Notes under the pieces: generated by a model
What the model saw: only the letters and a program-made list of their open reading frames with translations
What the model was told of the DNA's origin: nothing
Databases searched by the model: none
NCBI GenBank assembly: GCA_023248395.1
Contig: JAHFEQ010000003.1
Span: forward strand, 1 to 51,571
Length of the DNA: 51,571 bases
Source of the DNA: Nitrospirota bacterium
Lineage (GTDB): Bacteria; Nitrospirota; 9FT-COMBO-42-15; HDB-SIOI813
Direction: 5' to 3'
Position numbers and translations under genes: made by a program
Part shown: piece by piece, positions 47,639 through 51,571 of the stretch
How positions within the stretch are numbered: the first letter of the stretch is position 1
Layout of the letters: each line of letters begins with the position of its first letter

Positions 47639-48277
47639 TTTCCCTTTTGATATATAAGGTATAGTGCCAATGACAGGAATCCCAGAAAGACTTTCTATAG
47701 TCTCTGAGCAGCTTCTCTCTGCTAATGTGTTTTCCCCCTTTCTGCTGTAATTTATTACAATCCCTATCAGAGGTGTTTTTCTTTCCTTCAAGCAGTTTAT
47801 TGTCAGCATAGTGTGATTAATTGTTCCAAGCCCAGGTCTTGTGACTATGAGGGCAGGAAGCTTGAGTCTCTTTATCAGGTCTGCAAGATAGAAGCTCTGG
47901 GTTATAGGGACCAGGACACCGCCGATACCTTCTATGATCATGTACTCATGTCTTTTGCACAGCGTTTTAAAAGATTTTATGATCCTTTCAGGATTTATTA
48001 CGACATTATTTTCTGTAGCAGCGACAAAAGGGGCTACAGGCTCTCTGAATGAGTACGGGGTGATAAGTCCTAATGAATCTTCAACAGAGGCGGATTTGGC
48101 GAGTTTGACAGAGTCTTCAGGAATCAGAGTTCCTTTCCTTGTTTTACAGCCGGTGTGGATCGGTTTCATGACCCCGACATTGATGCCTCGTTCCCTAAAC
48201 GCAGAAGCAATGCCAGCCGCCACCAAAGTCTTACCCACTCCTGTGTCGGTTCCGGTGATGAAGATTCCGCGTACCAA
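47579..48277 (-). CDS. bioD: Dethiobiotin synthetase
   Basis: GIFITGTDTGVGKT P-loop and IIEGIGG. The 3' end overlaps the thiE 3' end by 60 nt (convergent genes). Confidence 0.9.
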   Translation of the reverse strand: MVRGIFITGTDTGVGKTLVAAGIASAFRERGINVGVMKPIHTGCKTRKGTLIPEDSVKLAKSASVEDSLGLITPYSFREPVAPFVAATENNVVINPERIIKSFKTLCKRHEYMIIEGIGGVLVPITQSFYLADLIKRLKLPALIVTRPGLGTINHTMLTINCLKERKTPLIGIVINYSRKGENTLAERSCSETIESLSGIPVIGTIPYISKGKLTGLNPFLKLADGLFDIRC

Positions 48278-48318
48278 TTGTGACCCCTTTAGCTTTATAA
48301 CACCCTCCTCTCTTGCTG

Positions 48319-49041
48319 CTACACCCTGCTATCCAGATTAAAGACCTGTCCGGATATATTTTTCATCAGTGACAAGTTGTATACAAATTCCGCCACTTCG
48401 GAAATATCCTGCTCTTGCTTCAGGATATTCGATGAGATAACCTTATCCTTTGCAGACCCGGATAGATTCTGCACCATATCCGTTCTCATAAAACCTGGTA
48501 GTACCGCATTCACCTGAATATTGAATTCTCCCAGTTCTAATGCTGCGGACTTTGTCAGCCCTATCAATCCTGCCTTTGCGGCAGAGTAGGCAGCCTGGCC
48601 TGCCTTCCCTTTAAGGCCGGACCAGGAGGAGATATTGATGATGTGACCACTCTTTTTTTTCACCATGGACTCTGATACAGCCCTGCTTGTATTAAATGCA
48701 CTGGTAAGATTCGTGGCAATCGTCTCCTCCCAATCTTCTATTTTCACCTTTGGGAGTATGTTGTCTTTCGTAATCCCGGCATTATTTATCAGGACATCTA
48801 TCAAACCCCATCTCTCACATATTGCGTCAATCATAGAGTTGACCTCTACTGATGACCTTACATCCGCACAAAGGGGGATAGCCTCGCCACCGCTATCAAC
48901 GATCTTACTGACCACAGCGAGGGCCGCATCCTTACTCCGGAAATAATTCGCAGCGACCCTGAATCCTCCTGCTGAAAATCTCAACGCCAGCATGCGGCCA
49001 AGCCCACGTGATGCGCCGGTGATGAGGACGACCTTTTTCAT
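48319..49041 (-). CDS. Short-chain dehydrogenase/reductase, FabG-like (3-oxoacyl-ACP reductase family), embedded in the biotin operon
   Basis: VVLITGASRGLG, NNAG, catalytic YSAAKAG. The start is set at ATG 49041 (MKKVVLITG). The ORF-track start 49101 reads through a palindromic repeat. Confidence 0.85.
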   Translation of the reverse strand: MKKVVLITGASRGLGRMLALRFSAGGFRVAANYFRSKDAALAVVSKIVDSGGEAIPLCADVRSSVEVNSMIDAICERWGLIDVLINNAGITKDNILPKVKIEDWEETIATNLTSAFNTSRAVSESMVKKKSGHIINISSWSGLKGKAGQAAYSAAKAGLIGLTKSAALELGEFNIQVNAVLPGFMRTDMVQNLSGSAKDKVISSNILKQEQDISEVAEFVYNLSLMKNISGQVFNLDSRV

Positions 49042-49050
49042 GACAAACAT

Positions 49051-49097
49051 AAATTCCCCCTCACCCTGTCCCTCTCCCCTAAGAGGAGAGGGAATTT
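49051..49097 (-). repeat. G-rich palindromic REP/MITE-like element (family A) between bioF and the SDR gene
   Basis: Stem ccctctcc/ggagaggg (49070-77 / 49085-92). The reverse complement aligns block for block with 7587-7634. Confidence 0.8.
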
Positions 49098-50270
49098 TCA
49101 AATTATCCTGAGCTCTTTACCTACCGTCTCAAATACTCCTGAACAAAATTCTATATCCGATTCACTGTGAGCGGCTGTGACAGTTGTCCTTATCCTGCAA
49201 CTTCCTTCAGGGACAGTGGGTGGACGTATCGGAGCCGCATATATTCCCTCCTCGAATAGTCTCTTTGAGAATAAAAGAGTATCTTCTACCCCTCCTGTGA
49301 GTATAGGGATAATCGGAGTCTCACTGTCCAGGGTATTAAACCCAAGAGATTTTAGTCTTTCTCCAAATAATCTTGTGGTTCGCCATAATATATTCAGTAT
49401 CTCGTGATCTTCTTTAAGAATTTTTATGGCAGCGATCGATGCGGCTATGACGGATGGAGGAAGTGCCGTTGTGTATATGAAGGCCCTGGCCTTATTAATC
49501 AGATACTCCTTAACTTGCTTAGTGGATGCAATATAGGCCCCGAAAGAGCCTAATGCCTTACTGTAAGTTCCCATCTGAATAATGCCATTATCTGTCAGCC
49601 CGAAGTGCTCTAATGACCCGTGACCTGTCTTTCCTAAAACACCGGTAGCATGGGCATCATCTACAATAAGAATGGCATCATGATCCTTTACGGCCGTAAT
49701 AATATCAGGGAGTGGGGCTATGTCACCCTCCATACTAAAGACACTATCCGTGATGACAATCCTTCTCCGATAGCCAGCAGCCATTGATAATAATGAACGC
49801 AAATGCGGCACATCCCTGTGATGATACACAAAAACCTTTGCCCTGCTGAGTCTGCACCCATCGATGATGCTTGCATGATTCAATGCGTCGCTAAAAATGG
49901 CATCTTGTTCATCTGCAAGGGCCTGTAAGGCTCCGGCATTTGCCATATACCCCGTATTAAATACCAGTGACGTCTCTGTTCCTTTGAGTTCTGCTGTGAC
50001 ATCTTCTAACCGCTCATGGATCTTCATGTTCCCTGATATCAGCCGGGAGGCAGCGGCACTATTTCCATAATCTCTGATGGCCGCGATGGACGCGTCCTTT
50101 AATGCCTGGTGATTGGCAAGCCCAAGGTAGTTATTTGAGCAGAGGGAGATAAGTTCCCTGCCGTTGATAGTGATCCTTGACGACTGGTCAGAATCAACCC
50201 TCTTCAGGGTTCGAAAGAGGTGTGATTCCTTCAGAAGCTCTAATTCTTCTTTTAAGGTCTTAAGGCGCAT
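49098..50270 (-). CDS. bioF: 8-amino-7-oxononanoate synthase
   Basis: 390 aa alpha-oxoamine synthase with SNNYLGL, DDAHATG and PLP-Lys motif GTYSKALG. Lies in the biotin operon. Confidence 0.9.
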   Translation of the reverse strand: MRLKTLKEELELLKESHLFRTLKRVDSDQSSRITINGRELISLCSNNYLGLANHQALKDASIAAIRDYGNSAAASRLISGNMKIHERLEDVTAELKGTETSLVFNTGYMANAGALQALADEQDAIFSDALNHASIIDGCRLSRAKVFVYHHRDVPHLRSLLSMAAGYRRRIVITDSVFSMEGDIAPLPDIITAVKDHDAILIVDDAHATGVLGKTGHGSLEHFGLTDNGIIQMGTYSKALGSFGAYIASTKQVKEYLINKARAFIYTTALPPSVIAASIAAIKILKEDHEILNILWRTTRLFGERLKSLGFNTLDSETPIIPILTGGVEDTLLFSKRLFEEGIYAAPIRPPTVPEGSCRIRTTVTAAHSESDIEFCSGVFETVGKELRII

Positions 50271-50274
50271 ACAT

Positions 50275-51087
50275 TCACCCTCCCCTTAATCCCCTCCCGC
50301 CAAGGGAGGGGAGAAGGGGGAATATCTCTCCTATCCTGTTTATAATCACCGGTTGTCTCTCGAGATAATGGATATATTGCTCAAGATCCAAACCCTCAGG
50401 ATTCACAAAGAAAACCCTTCCTCCTCTCAGAGACCCACTCTCTTTCATGCTGGTGACGCGCACATAGCCACCCTCTTTGGAGGCAACATACCCCGTCGTA
50501 TAATCAGGGTTGTCAGACCAGCAGAGTTCAGCGACAGTTTCTACCTTATTTGCGACCTTCGTTGCAATACCCAGGGCATCTATAACCCTTTTATGATAAA
50601 TGCCATAGTCATTTAATTCTTTCTCAAGATGCCTTCTTGCATCTTCAGTGTAATCTATCCTTGAAACCCTGACCCCCCTTCTGATATCAGGCTCTATCCT
50701 CTCACCTGTAAATACATCCATAATAATAGCCCCGCGCATATTGGTCCCTTCAGGAGTCGGTCCGGACTGAAGTAGTTGGAATGCCCTTTCGATTACTTTA
50801 AGAGATATCCCATGTGACTCTAATATCTCTCTAGCGGTCCAGTGGGCCTCTTTGCAGGATGAGGATGCTATCGTCCTGACATGGAGAGATTTGATGCAGG
50901 TCACTGAATTAGCCTCAATAGGATCGATGGATACCCATATTTCATCTGGCGTAGTATAAGAGGAGAGTGCTTGCGATAATAGATCTGTCAAAACCTCTTC
51001 AATACGATCTCCGGTTAAGAGATGTTCGGCACCTGATACATGGACATTGGATGAAGATGCCCTCATCCTGATGCTATATAGAAACAT
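50275..51087 (-). CDS. bioW: 6-carboxyhexanoate-CoA ligase (pimeloyl-CoA synthetase)
   Basis: LYSIRMRAS...HVSGAE, RGVRVSRIDY and AELCWSDNPDYTTGYVAS closely parallel Bacillus BioW (recalled from memory). The start is set at ATG 51087. The C-terminal ~16 aa are repeat-derived. Confidence 0.88.
   Translation of the reverse strand: MFLYSIRMRASSSNVHVSGAEHLLTGDRIEEVLTDLLSQALSSYTTPDEIWVSIDPIEANSVTCIKSLHVRTIASSSCKEAHWTAREILESHGISLKVIERAFQLLQSGPTPEGTNMRGAIIMDVFTGERIEPDIRRGVRVSRIDYTEDARRHLEKELNDYGIYHKRVIDALGIATKVANKVETVAELCWSDNPDYTTGYVASKEGGYVRVTSMKESGSLRGGRVFFVNPEGLDLEQYIHYLERQPVIINRIGEIFPLLPSLGGRGLRGG
50278..50325 (-). repeat. G-rich palindromic element (family A-like) forming the 3' end of bioW
   Basis: Perfect 8-bp stem cccctccc/gggagggg (50291-98 / 50304-11) with loop gccaa. 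It encodes the tail FPLLPSLGGRGLRGG. Confidence 0.75.
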
Positions 51088-51571
51088 GTTCCAGACCCAA
51101 ATCTCTGAGCATCTGAAGGTCTTTGTTCGGCTCCCTTCCACTCTTTGTCAGATAGTTCCCTATCATCATCCCGTTCGCACCACTTGCAAATATCAGTGGA
51201 TGCAGATCATGGAGTGCTGTGATCCTCCCACCGCATATTCGTATCTCCTTCTCAGGCATCAATATCCTGAACAGTGCAATTATTTTGAGGGCATCTGCAG
51301 GACTAATGGACCGGACATCTGCCAATGGGGTACCCTGAACAGGCATAAGAAAGTTGACGGGAACAGAATCTACATCTAATGACATGAGTTCAAAGGCCAG
51401 CTCGACCCTGTTTTCCAGACTTTCCCCTATTCCTAACAGGCATCCGCTGCATGTGGATAGCCCGATACTCTTTGCAAGACGAACCTCTGCAACCCGATCC
51501 TGGTAGGTATGGGTCGTACAAATCTTAGAAAAATAGGCCTCTGCTGTCTCGAGGTTATGATGAAATCTGGT
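51074..51571 (-). CDS. bioB: Biotin synthase (partial; 5' end lies beyond the window)
   Basis: The frame is open to the window edge. It reads TRFHHNLETAEAYFSKICTTHTYQDRV...CSGCLLGIGE...VPVNFLMPVQGTPL...ICGGR. It overlaps the bioW start by 14 nt. Confidence 0.88.
   Translation of the reverse strand, partial: TRFHHNLETAEAYFSKICTTHTYQDRVAEVRLAKSIGLSTCSGCLLGIGESLENRVELAFELMSLDVDSVPVNFLMPVQGTPLADVRSISPADALKIIALFRILMPEKEIRICGGRITALHDLHPLIFASGANGMMIGNYLTKSGREPNKDLQMLRDLGLEHVSI

Overview
This 51.6-kb window is almost fully coding, with about 50 protein genes plus one tRNA-Gly(CCC). It comes from a diderm, probably anaerobic bacterium whose gene content looks Nitrospirota- or Desulfobacterota-like, but the lineage cannot be fixed from this window alone.

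Gene content, in order:
- an HD-GYP/HEAT-repeat gene pair
- a chorismate-utilising enzyme (PabB/TrpE type)
- an AIR-synthase-related protein and a weakly FmdE-like protein
- a decayed REC-HD-GYP response regulator
- rtcA and tRNA-Gly
- a large TPR/FG-GAP/ASPIC lipoprotein
- an FGGY kinase and a DASS transporter
- a CHASE4-PAS-GGDEF-EAL protein
- lptFG and an orphan fdhE-like gene
- a TCA block: a Re-citrate-synthase-like enzyme, mdh and a two-subunit class I fumarase
- lptCAB-rpoN-rapZ-ubiX
- a mini-MerR gene followed by pilMNOPQ-aroCKB
- a GAF sigma-54 activator
- yicC-remA-gmk-rpoZ-coaBC, a TPR protein, aroQ and efp
- accBC and thiE
- a biotin operon on the minus strand: bioB(partial)-bioW-bioF-SDR-bioD

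I saw no transposase, integrase, phage gene, CRISPR array or recognisable defence gene. I could not identify a convincing self-contained novel multi-gene system, and most of the window is ordinary core genome.

The most unusual signals are:
1. Short interspersed repeats in two or three families. These are G-rich palindromic REP/MITE-like elements and purine-rich heptamer arrays. Several sit in frame inside coding sequences (rtcA, and three times in the FG-GAP lipoprotein gene) or supply gene termini (bioW, aroK, aroQ).
2. A cytoplasmic Cache-like sensor domain fused to the citrate-synthase-like enzyme.
3. The translationally coupled HD-GYP/HEAT pair, whose two proteins share an N-terminal domain.
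4. A FabG-like SDR occupying the bioF-bioD slot of the biotin operon.
5. A structured leader upstream of thiE that is not a canonical TPP riboswitch.

All functional calls rest on motif recognition by eye. No searches were run.
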